A stretch of DNA of 64,000 nucleotides, from NCBI GenBank assembly GCA_965203015.1, contig CBDBBM010000005.1, positions 93,631 to 157,630 of the forward strand, written 5' to 3'. Every line of letters begins with the position of its first letter. Position 1 is the first letter of the stretch. This DNA is from Chloroflexota bacterium. Its GTDB lineage: Bacteria > Chloroflexota > UBA11872 > VXNJ01. Shown in pieces: positions 9,713 to 20,108 of the stretch. Both the position numbers and the translations under genes were made by a program. The notes below the pieces were generated by a model. That model saw only the letters and a program-made list of their open reading frames with translations, had not been told where the DNA came from and made no database searches.

Positions 9713-10660
9713 TTGATCGCCGTTGCCACAGAGGACCTGCGCCGGATCTACCGGACCAGGGACGCAAATCCAGACGTCGTCGCCCTCGACGGAGTCTCGA
9801 TCGGAGTCGAGGAAGGCGAAATTCACGGACTGCTGGGCCCTAACGGGGCCGGCAAGACGACCCTTGTCAAGGTGTTGTCCACCGTGCTGTTGCCTACAAG
9901 CGGCAAGGCCTCGATCCTCGGGCACGACGTGGTCCACGAAACCAAGATTGTGCGCCGCCTGATCGGCGTGGTGTTGGGGGGCGACCGCGGTCTGTATTGG
10001 AGATTGACAGGACGCGAAAACCTGGAATATTGGGCCGCACTCTACAACGTCCCCGCGGGCAAGACCAGGGAGAGGGTGACCGAGTTACTGGGAGTTGTTG
10101 GTCTCGCAGATCGCGCCGATCACCTGGTGGAAGGGTATTCGCGCGGAATGAAGCAGCGGCTCCATCTCGCAAGGGGTCTGGTGGCCGATCCCTTGGTGGT
10201 GTTCCTCGATGAACCCACCACGGGAATGGATCCGATCGCGTCGCTCGAATTCAGGACCTTCGCCAAGGACCTCAGATCGCAGGGGAAAACGGTTCTGCTG
10301 ACGACGCACGACATGGCCGAGGCCGAGGCTGTATGCGACCGTGTTTCGCTCATTGATCGCGGCAAAATCCTCGCGGTCGAAACCCCAAACTCGCTGGGCA
10401 AGCTGATTGCCGCCCATGAACGGATCGACTTTCAGGGAACCGCGGATGGTTTGGTGGACAAGCTGAAGTCGGTGCCGGGAGTTGCCGCGGTGAAGGCATT
10501 GCCGAACGGCGGACAGCGCGTTGAGATTGCGAACGAATCGGCGTCCCGGCAAGTCCTGGAGGCTCTCGTCGGATCTGGCATTACGTCGATTAACACATCG
10601 CGGCCGAGCCTCGAGGAGGTCTACCTGCACGTGGTCGGGGATGGGCTTCCCGGTCAATGA
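9713..10660 (+). CDS. ABC transporter ATP-binding protein
   Basis: Walker A GPNGAGKTT, signature YSRGMKQRL, Walker B VVFLDEPTTGMD, H-loop TTHDM. Confidence 0.9.
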   Translation: MIAVATEDLRRIYRTRDANPDVVALDGVSIGVEEGEIHGLLGPNGAGKTTLVKVLSTVLLPTSGKASILGHDVVHETKIVRRLIGVVLGGDRGLYWRLTGRENLEYWAALYNVPAGKTRERVTELLGVVGLADRADHLVEGYSRGMKQRLHLARGLVADPLVVFLDEPTTGMDPIASLEFRTFAKDLRSQGKTVLLTTHDMAEAEAVCDRVSLIDRGKILAVETPNSLGKLIAAHERIDFQGTADGLVDKLKSVPGVAAVKALPNGGQRVEIANESASRQVLEALVGSGITSINTSRPSLEEVYLHVVGDGLPGQ

Positions 10661-10771
10661 CGCGGGCCCGCCGCGACGCGGCCGGCACAGATCCTGATTG
10701 AGCGGTCCTGGCTGTGTGACAGCCGGACTAAGTCACACCACTCGAGGGGACACGCCCGCCAGGGATGTGGA

Positions 10772-11500
10772 TCAGGGTTGCAGACGTTGGCCGCGACCTA
10801 CTGACACGGCCGATCCTTCGGCCAAAAAGACCGACGCAGGGGGATTTTCCAGGCACGCACCGAACTCGCGACCATACAAATCCCGGGCATCCAGATTCCA
10901 GGAAGCCACGGTCGCCGGAGCGACACGCCAGCGGGGACGCTCTACGCGGTATTCCACCGTCGCGCCGTCGCGCTGGGTCACGTACCCCCAATGGTGTTCG
11001 GCGACAAAAGAAACATCGGAGTCCAAATCGGGCACCTTTGCCGGGGCGGTCGCTTCGACGGCCAGGTTACTCCAACGTTTCCCTGAACGCCATTCGTAGC
11101 GGGCAAAACCGGGGCCCAGCTCATGCCTCATTGGCATGGTGTGATAGTTCTCGTTGTACACCGATCGCGCGACCATGGTCACGGCGCGCCTGGGAACTAC
11201 TTCCTTGATGAATACGACTCCCCTGCGCAATTCGCCGCCAACTTCGCGGGTCACATAAAAGCGAAGGTTGAGCTCTTCGAAATTGCGGTGCAGCGGGACC
11301 GGTATTCCCAACAGGCGGGTGTTGAGGAACCGGAAGGCCACGATGCTGGCAAAGCACTTGTTCCTCCACAAGCTGACCTCGGTCCCCTCCGGAACAAATC
11401 GCTCGAGATAGCCGGGGTCGACTTCGAAGTTGACCATCGCCAGATCGCGCCATTCGGCGGTAAGGAAAGGTCGGAATCGTCGGACTTCGCGCGCCGTCAT
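10772..11500 (-). CDS. DUF2071 (YqjF-like) family protein
   Basis: LTAEWRDLAMVNFEVDPGYLERFVPEG...FEELNLRFYV matches the DUF2071 N-terminal pattern from memory. Confidence 0.5.
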   Translation of the reverse strand: MTAREVRRFRPFLTAEWRDLAMVNFEVDPGYLERFVPEGTEVSLWRNKCFASIVAFRFLNTRLLGIPVPLHRNFEELNLRFYVTREVGGELRRGVVFIKEVVPRRAVTMVARSVYNENYHTMPMRHELGPGFARYEWRSGKRWSNLAVEATAPAKVPDLDSDVSFVAEHHWGYVTQRDGATVEYRVERPRWRVAPATVASWNLDARDLYGREFGACLENPPASVFLAEGSAVSVGRGQRLQP

Positions 11501-11856
11501 CTCAGATCTTCCCCGGTTCTTCCCGCAACTGCGCGATTCCAGCTTTGCTCGATTCCAAACGGATCACTTTCACGCTCGCCGACGTCAGGTCGGTCCAAGC
11601 GTTCCGCGTGCGTTCGGTCGGGGCTCCGAAGCTGGACCAGCCAATCATCGGAAGCGACAGGCCCCTACTCGGGACAATCTCCGCGTTGCCGGGTCGATTA
11701 CCGACACGGTTGGGGGTAGGACACCGGCGGCCGGGCGCGCGGCTCGACCGTATCCAAGGAGTCTCTTTAGCGGTATTTGTGCCCAGTGTCCGAATAGCTG
11801 CCGCGTTTTGCGGGACCGATCGAAATTTACCCCAATCGGCTTGCGCGCCAGATCGA

Positions 11857-13362
11857 TCAAGGGCTGCCGGCAAAATACACCTCGACTGATGCGCTGACAA
11901 TCAGCGCGCCGTCAACCACGCTCTCTTCCCTGACTTCGACGCGGAGTATTCCGGGCGAACCGATTTCCCGCAAATCGACCGATTTGGTGAAAGTGCCCGG
12001 TCCACCGTATTCGCCCTCAACCGAAATGTAGCTTTCGCCGACGACCGCTCCGGTCCTGTCGTAAATGCGGTAGGTGAGGTTCTTCTCAAATGGCAGGGAA
12101 CTGATCCGTCCACGCAATTCCAGAGTGCCAATTACGGTCGAACCGCTCGCCGGGCGCTCCAGGACCAGCTCGGCGACGGGTTCGCGGCTCGTTCTTCCGT
12201 CGGTCAGCGGGGCGGCTCGCAGTATCACCGCCACGCTCGTGCGGACCGGTCCCATACCGCCGGGTCCATTTGCATCGATGATTTCGATTCGACCCGGCTC
12301 ATCTCTGGCGGCGAAGAAGTCGATCGGTGCCGCGAACTCAGTGGGGTAGTCAGCTTCGAATCCGGCCGCGACCGGGATCGTTCCGGTGCCTATCACTCCC
12401 CCGCGGGCGTCATAGACAAGGTAAGTAAGCGAACCAGATCCCGGCGTCGTGCTGGCGGTACCGCGGACATGGATCCCGTTTGCCACCGTCTCGCCCGCCA
12501 GCGGCGCGTCGATCACCAGGGCCTGCCGGGGCAGGAGCTGGTTCCCGCTGAAAGAGTAGGTCCGGGTGACTTTCAGGCTGGGACAGCAAAGCCCGTCGCC
12601 CGGACGGTGCACGACCGTCTCGGCAGTGATCTCACCACCCGCGACGGTGAGGCCGTCAACGCGAACCCGGTCGCCCAGGAAGGCGCGCGCCGCCTGGTGC
12701 GGCACGCCGTCGCGGTCGAGGAAGGCGACCAGATGAATGAACGTGCCGCTCCCGCCCCCGGAGGTGAAGGCGACGACCGCTGCGTCGGTGTACCCGTCGG
12801 CGTCCAGGTCACCGAATGCGACGCCGTCGCTGACTATCCCGGCGTATTCCCGAATGCCTGGTTCCCGCTCGTCCGCGATGGAGGCCTCGCCGTTTTCAAG
12901 TCGAACCGGGGTGCCGTCCTCGCCCAGCAGCGGCAGACGGAATTCGGCGTTGCGCAGCTGCCCGCGGGTGATTCGCCGCGTTGCCCGGCCGGGGTCGGGC
13001 GCTTCCCACGCGAAGAGTTCATCGCTGAGCCGTTTCTGGATCCCTGCCGGGCCGTTAACCCAGGTGTGCCGGCCATCGCTAAACCCCGTCCAGTTGTCGG
13101 CCTTGCGCCAGATGAGCCGGCCGTTGGCGGTGGCCTGCCGGGTCACCCCGGTTCGCGGATCGTGACGTTCGTTTTCGAGGCACCCGCCAACCACGTCCGG
13201 GATCATGTCGCGCAGGGCCGCAAACCCCAATACAAAGCTGCAGTCCTGGGCAATAAGCGGCCTTGCGGACAGCAGCAGCGCGACCAGGGCGAACAGGAGC
13301 GGCAGGCCCACGCCGAACCCTCGCCGCGCGTTGCCCGGGCCAATGGGTGGAACCATGCCCAT
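11857..13362 (-). CDS. Secreted protein with FG-GAP-like repeat and tandem Ig-like (Gmad2/GerM-like) domains
   Basis: Signal-peptide-like MGMVPPIG...LLFALVALLLSARPLIAQD, then FGDLDADGYTDAAVV (FG-GAP/VCBS-like Ca-binding motif), then two C-terminal beta-rich repeats. Start chosen at the internal Met of ORF 11857..13545. Confidence 0.5.
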   Translation of the reverse strand: MGMVPPIGPGNARRGFGVGLPLLFALVALLLSARPLIAQDCSFVLGFAALRDMIPDVVGGCLENERHDPRTGVTRQATANGRLIWRKADNWTGFSDGRHTWVNGPAGIQKRLSDELFAWEAPDPGRATRRITRGQLRNAEFRLPLLGEDGTPVRLENGEASIADEREPGIREYAGIVSDGVAFGDLDADGYTDAAVVAFTSGGGSGTFIHLVAFLDRDGVPHQAARAFLGDRVRVDGLTVAGGEITAETVVHRPGDGLCCPSLKVTRTYSFSGNQLLPRQALVIDAPLAGETVANGIHVRGTASTTPGSGSLTYLVYDARGGVIGTGTIPVAAGFEADYPTEFAAPIDFFAARDEPGRIEIIDANGPGGMGPVRTSVAVILRAAPLTDGRTSREPVAELVLERPASGSTVIGTLELRGRISSLPFEKNLTYRIYDRTGAVVGESYISVEGEYGGPGTFTKSVDLREIGSPGILRVEVREESVVDGALIVSASVEVYFAGSP

Positions 13363-13552
13363 CCCCGGCTGGCCTCCTCCCGTCAGTCGGCCGGCGCAGC
13401 TGCGCGCCGGTGGTGGGTCCAATTCACCGGTTACCCGGGAGATTTGGCGCCGCCGGGCGGGCGGCAGCCGGGGATCGCAGGCAGGTCGATGCGGCCCGAA
13501 TAAGGCGGCGGGCGCACGGGTCGCGGCCGCCCGACCGGGCCGCACGCGCTAC

Positions 13553-13873
13553 CTAAGCACCTGGTACCCGGTAATCGACCGCTATATCGCCGGCCCGGTC
13601 CATGGTCTCGGGCGTAATGAGGACAACCGTTCCGATTTGGACCGCGCCCGCTTTTGCAATCTCCATCGAAACCGCCGCGGCCGACTCGTCATCGGGCAGG
13701 TCGGCGATGATCACCAGGTCGTTTGGTCCGAATGCATAGTAGAACACCTCCAGGTTGCCGCCCAGTTTTTCGATCATGGCCGCAAACATCGCTCGGCGGC
13801 CGGTTCCGCCTTCACGCTGCAGCCCTTCGATCCCGGACGCCGTGTAACCGGCATTGAACATGAACTTCGGCAT
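13553..13873 (-). CDS. GYD domain protein
   Basis: MPKFMFNAGYTASGIEG...EVFYYAFGPNDLVIIADLPDDESAAAV is a classic GYD-family sequence. Confidence 0.65.
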   Translation of the reverse strand: MPKFMFNAGYTASGIEGLQREGGTGRRAMFAAMIEKLGGNLEVFYYAFGPNDLVIIADLPDDESAAAVSMEIAKAGAVQIGTVVLITPETMDRAGDIAVDYRVPGA

Positions 13874-14265
13874 CGTCTCAATCCTTCCCTCGCGATACCT
13901 GTGCAGACATTGAAACACCCCGGGCCCAGTGGCCCGGTGAATGTCACGGGGTCAGCGCAGCGTCCGCCCCGCCCGACGGTGCGCGATGCAGGTCATTGAC
14001 CGGTGGGTTCTTGGCGGGCGCCGAAAGAGATCGGTGCGCGTGGTCGACGCGCCGGCCGGCCCGAGGGCGGCGGCCGGGGACCGCTTTGAATCCCGCGCCG
14101 GCGCCGGCCACCGATTCGGAAGGATGGGGCACCGCTCGCCGGGCCGGGTTCGGGCCCCCGCCTCCGCATGCATGATCCACGTCCGCTCCGCCCCACGTCC
14201 GGACGGGTACCACCCGGTTCGCGAAGGCACCCTCCGCATCCGGCTGCCCCGCGGAGGGCCTGCGC

Positions 14266-15441
14266 CTACGCGGGCGTCCTGGCCGGCGGCTGGCTCCTGC
14301 GCAGCGGCTGCAGTTTCCGGTACGTGGCGCACCGCCAGATCCATTCAGCCGGTCCGTACAGGAATCGGCTCAACCACAGCTGCGACCACCAGATCTGCAA
14401 CCCCCAGACCGCCGCCACGAACACCAGGACCGCGGCCCGATTGACGATTTCGGCCTCGCCAAGCCAGACGGTGAGAATGAGCACGCCCAGGATCGTTTGG
14501 CTCAGGTAATTGGTCAACGCGAGCCGGCCGACTGCGCAGAGCATCTGCTTGGCCCGCGAATCCGGGCGGTTGCTCCACAGCACGATCAGGCTCAGGTAGC
14601 CAAGGGACGCCGGGATCGTGCCGACGGTATTCGGAATCTGGCCGATGAACGCCACGCCCGCGTCGTAATCGTTGGCGGCGGTGACGAGGACGCCGACCGC
14701 GGCCAGTCCGAGACCGACCGGCAACCCGACCGCGACCACCGCCCGGTAGCGGCCGGCCGGCCAGGTGCCGCTGAGGAAGCCGGTTCGAAACAGCCCCGCG
14801 CCCAGGAGCATCATTCCCAGCGCGCGCGGGATGTAGGCCAGGAGCGCCAGACCGGCAAGGTCCTCGTTTTCTGCGGACGTCTCACCGGGGGTCCAGATGC
14901 CATCCAGGGGCACGCCGGATGAATCGGCATACGCCTGGGCCAGCAGCGCCAGGGGGACCGAGAGCGCAAAGACCGCAATTCCGGCCACTATCAGGGCCCG
15001 GTCGCTCAGTTTGCGGGCAAATATCAGGATGACCGAGGAACCGGCGTAGACCATCAGGATGTCGCCTTCCCAAAGCGCGAAATGAAGGACGCCGATACCC
15101 AGCAGCAGCGCGTTTCGCCACAGATACAGGCCCAGCGCGCGCCGGCCCCTGCTGGCGGCCCGGTCGACGAACAGGATCATCCCGGCGCCGAAGAGCAGCG
15201 AGAAAAGGCCCATGAACTTCTGGTCGACGAAGATCTCGCCGAGGATGCCAACCGCCCAGTCCAGCACCGATTCCGACCCTGCGGCGCTGAGGTTCAGATA
15301 GGCCGGCGTATCAAACCTGAACGAGACCGCGTTCATCAGCAGGATCCCGAGCACCGCCACGCCGCGGATCAGGTCCAGGCTGGAAATCCGCCTCGATTCG
15401 CGGACCGGGCCGGTCCCGGGCGTTTGCTGGTTAGCCGTCAC
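14266..15441 (-). CDS. DUF418 (YeiB-like) family membrane protein
   Basis: SLDLIRGVAVLGILLMN N-terminal motif and about 10 TM helices. Confidence 0.6.
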   Translation of the reverse strand: MTANQQTPGTGPVRESRRISSLDLIRGVAVLGILLMNAVSFRFDTPAYLNLSAAGSESVLDWAVGILGEIFVDQKFMGLFSLLFGAGMILFVDRAASRGRRALGLYLWRNALLLGIGVLHFALWEGDILMVYAGSSVILIFARKLSDRALIVAGIAVFALSVPLALLAQAYADSSGVPLDGIWTPGETSAENEDLAGLALLAYIPRALGMMLLGAGLFRTGFLSGTWPAGRYRAVVAVGLPVGLGLAAVGVLVTAANDYDAGVAFIGQIPNTVGTIPASLGYLSLIVLWSNRPDSRAKQMLCAVGRLALTNYLSQTILGVLILTVWLGEAEIVNRAAVLVFVAAVWGLQIWWSQLWLSRFLYGPAEWIWRCATYRKLQPLRRSQPPARTPA

Positions 15442-15662
15442 GCATCCCCCGGGCAGCTGCCACTGGTGCGCGACCGCCGCGCAATACGACGATCATGTTA
15501 CCTGCCCGGAAACGCGGGCAACCCGCCGGGTGACCTTTCGGCAAAGGAGAAATCAGGCGCGACCCTTTCGCCGTCGCGGCCGCCCCGTGCAGGCTCCGCT
15601 GCCCGCTTGGCCGCAAACCCGATCGGGCGGCAGCGGCATGCCGAAACCAGGCGCCGGAGAAC

Positions 15663-17333
15663 CTAGTCGCCGGCCTTGCGCCGGGCGATCGCCCGCTCCC
15701 CCCGTGGGCTCGACACGCGCTGGGTCGCAACGTTGACCAGGGCCGGTTTGCCGGCCGCAAAGGCGCGCTCCAGGGCCGGGACAAGCTCTTCGGGCCGCCG
15801 TACGAATTCGCCATGGCCGCCGAGTCCTTCGGCCACCAGGTCGTAGCGCGAAGGCAGCAGATCGGTAGCCACCGCCCGCCCGTAGGCGGCGAGCTGGATC
15901 TGGCGGTCGATTCCCCATGCCGAATCGTTGCCCAGCACGGTTACGATGTCCAGTCCGTGCCGGACCGCCGTGTCAAATTCCATCCCGTTGAACCCGAAGC
16001 TGCCGTCGCCGGTGATCAAGACCACCCGCGCGTCGGGCCGCGCAGCCTTGGCGGCGATCGCGGTCGGCATGGCCGAGCCGAGCATTCCGAGATCGGGCAG
16101 CGACCACCAGCTCCGGGGCCGGGCCGGCAGGTAGAGTTTGCCGAAATGGCAGAAATCGCCGCCGTCGAAGACCAGCACGTCATCGGGCCGCAGCAGTTTC
16201 GCCAGGTCCCTGAACACGAAGAGGGGATGCATCGGCGGACCCGGGACAGCCGCCGCCGCCGCCCATTCGGCCTGGTCCGCCAGCTGCCGGCGCAGGGACC
16301 CCAGCCAGGGGCGGTCGGGCCACTCGAGCGCGGAGGCTTCTTGGGCGAGCTGTTCCACCACGCCGGCCACGTCGCCCACGATCCCGACCGCGGCGTCGCG
16401 GTTGCGGCCAATCTGTTCGGGCGCGGGGTCCACCTGGATGACCCTCGCATCGGCCGCCATCACCGGCGGCAGCCCGTATCCAATCGAATGGTCGAGTTTC
16501 TTGCCCAGGATGAGAACAACGTCGGCGTCGCGGATCATGGCCGCCGCCCGGTTCAGGCCGTGATCGAAGAATCCGAAGCAATAGGGGTGGTCGTCGGCAA
16601 CCATTCCGCGCGCGGCTCCCTCGGTGAAGAGCGGAAGACGGGTCAGTTCCAGAAACCGCTGCAGGGATTCGGAGGCCGAGTCCTCGTAACCGGCCGGGTT
16701 CGAGGCCACAACCACTGGCCGTTCCGACCCGTGCAGCAACCGAACCGCCCTCCGGACCTGTTCGCGGTCGGCAACCGTACGCCCCGCGCTGCGCGATGCG
16801 TCCGGGTCCGGAAAAAAGGTCGATTCCTCCTCGACAACTGCCTCCTGAACGTCGATCGGAATGGTCAGGTGGACCGGGCCGCGCCGGCCGGACAGGGCGG
16901 TCCTGATCGCCATCGATATGTACTCGGGCAGACGGTCGGCGTCGCGCACCAACCAGGCCGCCTTGCAGGTTGCCTTGGCCATCCCGATCTGGTCGATCTC
17001 CTGCATCATTCCCCGGTCGTACTTGGAGAGCTTGTCGGATCCGCTGATGTTGAGCACCGGCGCTTCGGTGGCCATTGCGTGAACCAGGCCCGGCAGCGCG
17101 TTGGCGTGTCCCGGCGTGGTCACCATGCACACCCCGATCTGGTCGTTGATCCGCGCCCACGCATCGGCCATGTGCACGACGGCCTGTTCATGACGACCGT
17201 CGATGAATTGGAAATCGAAATCTTCCATCACGTCCAGGACCGGGAGGATGTGATCGCCCGCCAGGGTGAAAACGGTGCGCACCCCTTCCCGCTCGAGGGC
17301 TCGGGCGAAAAGATGGCTGCCGGTGATGCTCAT
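15663..17333 (-). CDS. Thiamine pyrophosphate-dependent enzyme (acetolactate synthase / benzoylformate decarboxylase family)
   Basis: 556 aa. TPP N-terminal domain (HEQAVVHMADAWAR), central domain, TPP-binding GDGSFGFNGMEFDTAVRHGL. Confidence 0.8.
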   Translation of the reverse strand: MSITGSHLFARALEREGVRTVFTLAGDHILPVLDVMEDFDFQFIDGRHEQAVVHMADAWARINDQIGVCMVTTPGHANALPGLVHAMATEAPVLNISGSDKLSKYDRGMMQEIDQIGMAKATCKAAWLVRDADRLPEYISMAIRTALSGRRGPVHLTIPIDVQEAVVEEESTFFPDPDASRSAGRTVADREQVRRAVRLLHGSERPVVVASNPAGYEDSASESLQRFLELTRLPLFTEGAARGMVADDHPYCFGFFDHGLNRAAAMIRDADVVLILGKKLDHSIGYGLPPVMAADARVIQVDPAPEQIGRNRDAAVGIVGDVAGVVEQLAQEASALEWPDRPWLGSLRRQLADQAEWAAAAAVPGPPMHPLFVFRDLAKLLRPDDVLVFDGGDFCHFGKLYLPARPRSWWSLPDLGMLGSAMPTAIAAKAARPDARVVLITGDGSFGFNGMEFDTAVRHGLDIVTVLGNDSAWGIDRQIQLAAYGRAVATDLLPSRYDLVAEGLGGHGEFVRRPEELVPALERAFAAGKPALVNVATQRVSSPRGERAIARRKAGD

Positions 17334-17564
17334 GGTGCCCGCTCCGGGGAAATCTAAACCGTCCCGCCCGACCCCGCCGCGGAGTACGGGCGCTCGGTTC
17401 GGGGACTGGATGGTGAGTCCCTAACTTTCCCCTACCGGCGGACGCGGCTGCGGCCGGACCAAAAGGCCGCGCCACTGCAAAGGACAAGGTCGCACATATA
17501 TTGAAGCGGTGGAAATCCGGCCCCCTGCGGAGGTGGTCATTGCCGGGCGAGGCCGGTTGAGGCG

Positions 17565-19037
17565 ATGAGCGATCGGGAAATCCGCACCCAGGTAGTCGTG
17601 GTCGGCGCCGGCAACGCCGCCATGGCGGCGGCGGTCGCCGCGCGCCAGAACGGCGCCGAAGTGATCGTGCTTGAGAAGGCCCCGCGGGCTCACCGCGGCG
17701 GCAACAGCGCCCTGACAATCCAGATGCGGTTCCCGTATTCGGGCGCCGATGAGCTCGCCCCGCTGATCCCGAACCTTTCCACCGCGGAAGCCGGCGAGTT
17801 GCGTGAGCAGGTCACCGGCTACAGCGAGCAGCAGTACTGGGACGACATCATGTCGGTGACCCAGGGACTCAGCGACCGGGCCCTGGCCGGCACCTTGGTG
17901 CGCGAGGCCTTCCCGACCGTTAAGTGGATGCGGGGCCTGGGGCACGAATGGGAACCGACGTTCAAGAACCCGCTTTCGGCCAACGCGGTCTCTTTTGCCG
18001 GCGGCGGCTACATGCTGCTGGAACGGTGGTTTGCGGCCGGCCGGCGCCTGGGGATCGAGGTCCACTACGATTCCCGCGCGACCGAGCTCCTGCAGGACTC
18101 GCGCGGGAACGTGACCGGCGTCCGCGTACTGCGTCCGTCCGGGTTCCACACCTACCGTGCCGGGGCGGTGGTGCTGGCCTGCGGGAGCTTTGAATCCAGC
18201 CCCGAAATGCGTGCCCGGTACCTTGGGACGGGCTGGGATACCGTCAAGCTGCGCGGGGTTCCCTACAACACCGGCGAAGGCCTCCTGATGGCGATCGGAA
18301 TCGGCGCGTTGCCGTACGGGTCCTGGACCACCTGCCACGCCTCGCCGCAGGATTTCGAGCGACCGGCCTACGATCTGCCCGGCCCCGGAGTCGCCGGCGA
18401 CTACTGGAGTCGCTACGCCTATCCGTACTCGGTAATGGTCAATCTCGACGGCCGGCGATTCGTCGACGAGGGAGCGACCTGGCGGGGCCTCACCTACGCC
18501 AGGATGGGGCGCGCGATCCTGGCCCAACCGGAGGCGAAAGCTTTCCAGATATTCGACGCCAGGCACCGCGACATCGGGATCCTGCGGCGCTACGGGGACG
18601 CCGCGGTCGTGCGGGCCGGTTCGCTGGAATCGCTGGCCCGCGGACTCGGCATCCGCGACGTTGCCACCTTCGTCGCCACCCTGCGCGAGTACAACGCCGC
18701 CGTGCTGCCGGGCGAATTTGACGCGTTCAGGCCGGACGGCAAAGCGGCGGCCAACATCGATCCGCCGCGGCTCAACTGGGCGCTGCCGATAGATTCGCCC
18801 CCGTTTGAGGGTTACGCGGTGACCTGCGGGATGACGTTCTGCTACGGGGGCCTGCAGATCTCAGCCCGGGGCGAAGTGCTCCATACCCTGGACCGGCCGA
18901 TTGGCGGCCTTTACGCGGCCGGCGAAATGGTCGGTGGGCTCTGGGCCTGGAATTACCCGTCCGGCGGCGGGATGATGGCCGGCGCGGTCTACGGGCGCAT
19001 CGCCGGCCAGGCCGCTGCCCGCTTCGCCACCGCTTAG
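17565..19037 (+). CDS. FAD-dependent oxidoreductase, TcuA (tricarballylate dehydrogenase)-like flavoprotein
   Basis: VVVVGAGNAAMAAAVAARQNGAEVIVLEKAPRAHRGGNS dinucleotide-binding N-terminus resembling TcuA/fumarate-reductase flavoproteins. Confidence 0.65.
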   Translation: MSDREIRTQVVVVGAGNAAMAAAVAARQNGAEVIVLEKAPRAHRGGNSALTIQMRFPYSGADELAPLIPNLSTAEAGELREQVTGYSEQQYWDDIMSVTQGLSDRALAGTLVREAFPTVKWMRGLGHEWEPTFKNPLSANAVSFAGGGYMLLERWFAAGRRLGIEVHYDSRATELLQDSRGNVTGVRVLRPSGFHTYRAGAVVLACGSFESSPEMRARYLGTGWDTVKLRGVPYNTGEGLLMAIGIGALPYGSWTTCHASPQDFERPAYDLPGPGVAGDYWSRYAYPYSVMVNLDGRRFVDEGATWRGLTYARMGRAILAQPEAKAFQIFDARHRDIGILRRYGDAAVVRAGSLESLARGLGIRDVATFVATLREYNAAVLPGEFDAFRPDGKAAANIDPPRLNWALPIDSPPFEGYAVTCGMTFCYGGLQISARGEVLHTLDRPIGGLYAAGEMVGGLWAWNYPSGGGMMAGAVYGRIAGQAAARFATA

Positions 19038-19065
19038 GCTGGGCCGCCGCCCGGCGGCATTGAAT

Positions 19066-19938
19066 TCAGGGCCAGGGGACCTTCATCAGTTCCTCGCCCC
19101 AGATGATCGGGCCGTCCCAGGCCCGGCGGGCCTCCAGTTCGCGGGCCTCGCGCATCTCCGGGCCGGTCAGCCGTTCGCCGACATGGACCATGACCAGCTG
19201 GCGCACTCCGGCCGCGGCGGCCGTTCGGGCGGCGCCTTCGATCGAGCAGGTCCCCAGGGCAAGGTCGGTGCCATCGATCACCTCGCCGGACTCCCAGCAC
19301 ATCATCAACAGGATGTCGGCCCCCCGGGCAAGTCCGGTAACCGAATCACAGGGACGCGAGTCGCCGGCGACCACGATCGACCCTTCGGCGGTGTCGAGGC
19401 GATAGGCGAGCGATTCGAGATAGGGCTGCACATGCTCGGCGCGGGCCGCGCTGATCTGCCAGCAGGACCCCTGCAGGACAAAATCCGGACCGATATCGCG
19501 CGCCGCAATCCGGGGCTGGGTCCGGGGCAGCCGACCGCCGCGGTCGCGGTAGGTCACCTGGCTCAACGGGTGGTGGACCCGGGCCTGCCAGTCGTGGGCA
19601 AAAAGCCCGCTGTCGGCGTCGACGATCCCGTTGGCAAACCGGGCCGTCGGCGGCGGGCCGTAGACCTGCAGCGGGCGGTCGGTCGGGACCAACTGGTCCC
19701 ACCGCGAGAGCACGAACGTTGGGAAGTCGGCGTCGTGGTCAAAGTGGTGATGGGTGAAGAAAACGGTGTCGATATCGGCCGGCGAGATTCCAACCTTGGC
19801 CAGCTTGAACGTGGTGGCCGGGCCGCAGTCGAAGAGCAGCTTTTCGCCACCGGCATCAACCACGTAGGCAGAACCGAAGCGGTCCGGCGTCGGGGTCGGT
19901 GTGCCGCATCCGATGATGGTGATATTCGGAAAACTCAT
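19066..19938 (-). CDS. MBL-fold metallo-hydrolase
   Basis: HHHFDHD metal-binding motif. Start taken at MSFPNITIIGCG. Confidence 0.7.
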   Translation of the reverse strand: MSFPNITIIGCGTPTPTPDRFGSAYVVDAGGEKLLFDCGPATTFKLAKVGISPADIDTVFFTHHHFDHDADFPTFVLSRWDQLVPTDRPLQVYGPPPTARFANGIVDADSGLFAHDWQARVHHPLSQVTYRDRGGRLPRTQPRIAARDIGPDFVLQGSCWQISAARAEHVQPYLESLAYRLDTAEGSIVVAGDSRPCDSVTGLARGADILLMMCWESGEVIDGTDLALGTCSIEGAARTAAAAGVRQLVMVHVGERLTGPEMREARELEARRAWDGPIIWGEELMKVPWP

Positions 19939-20108
19939 CGCCACCGCCCCCTGGCCTGGCCCGGAAAGGCCTCCGCATGCAGCCAATCAATTTCACCCGA
20001 GGGGAAGCCGGTGCGGCCTGATTTGCCGCAATCGATGTTAGGGCGGAAGTATGACTCCGCACCGGGTCAGCGACCGGCGATGAACCAGACGGAGGGGCGG
20101 ACGCCGAG

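Noticed and set aside
10808-10823. Hairpin GGCCGA-tcct-TCGGCC as intrinsic terminator
   Set aside because: Lies inside the C-terminal coding region of the DUF2071 ORF and lacks a U-run on either strand.
12469-13503. 344 aa plus-strand ORF
   Set aside because: Antisense to the secreted Ig-like protein gene. Low-complexity translation.
15813-17357. 514 aa plus-strand ORF and nested 16180..17160 minus-strand ORF
   Set aside because: Antisense or alternate frames of the TPP enzyme gene. Low-complexity Arg/Gly/Pro translation.
17421-18566. 381 aa minus-strand ORF
   Set aside because: Antisense to the TcuA-like flavoprotein gene, which has an unambiguous FAD-binding motif.
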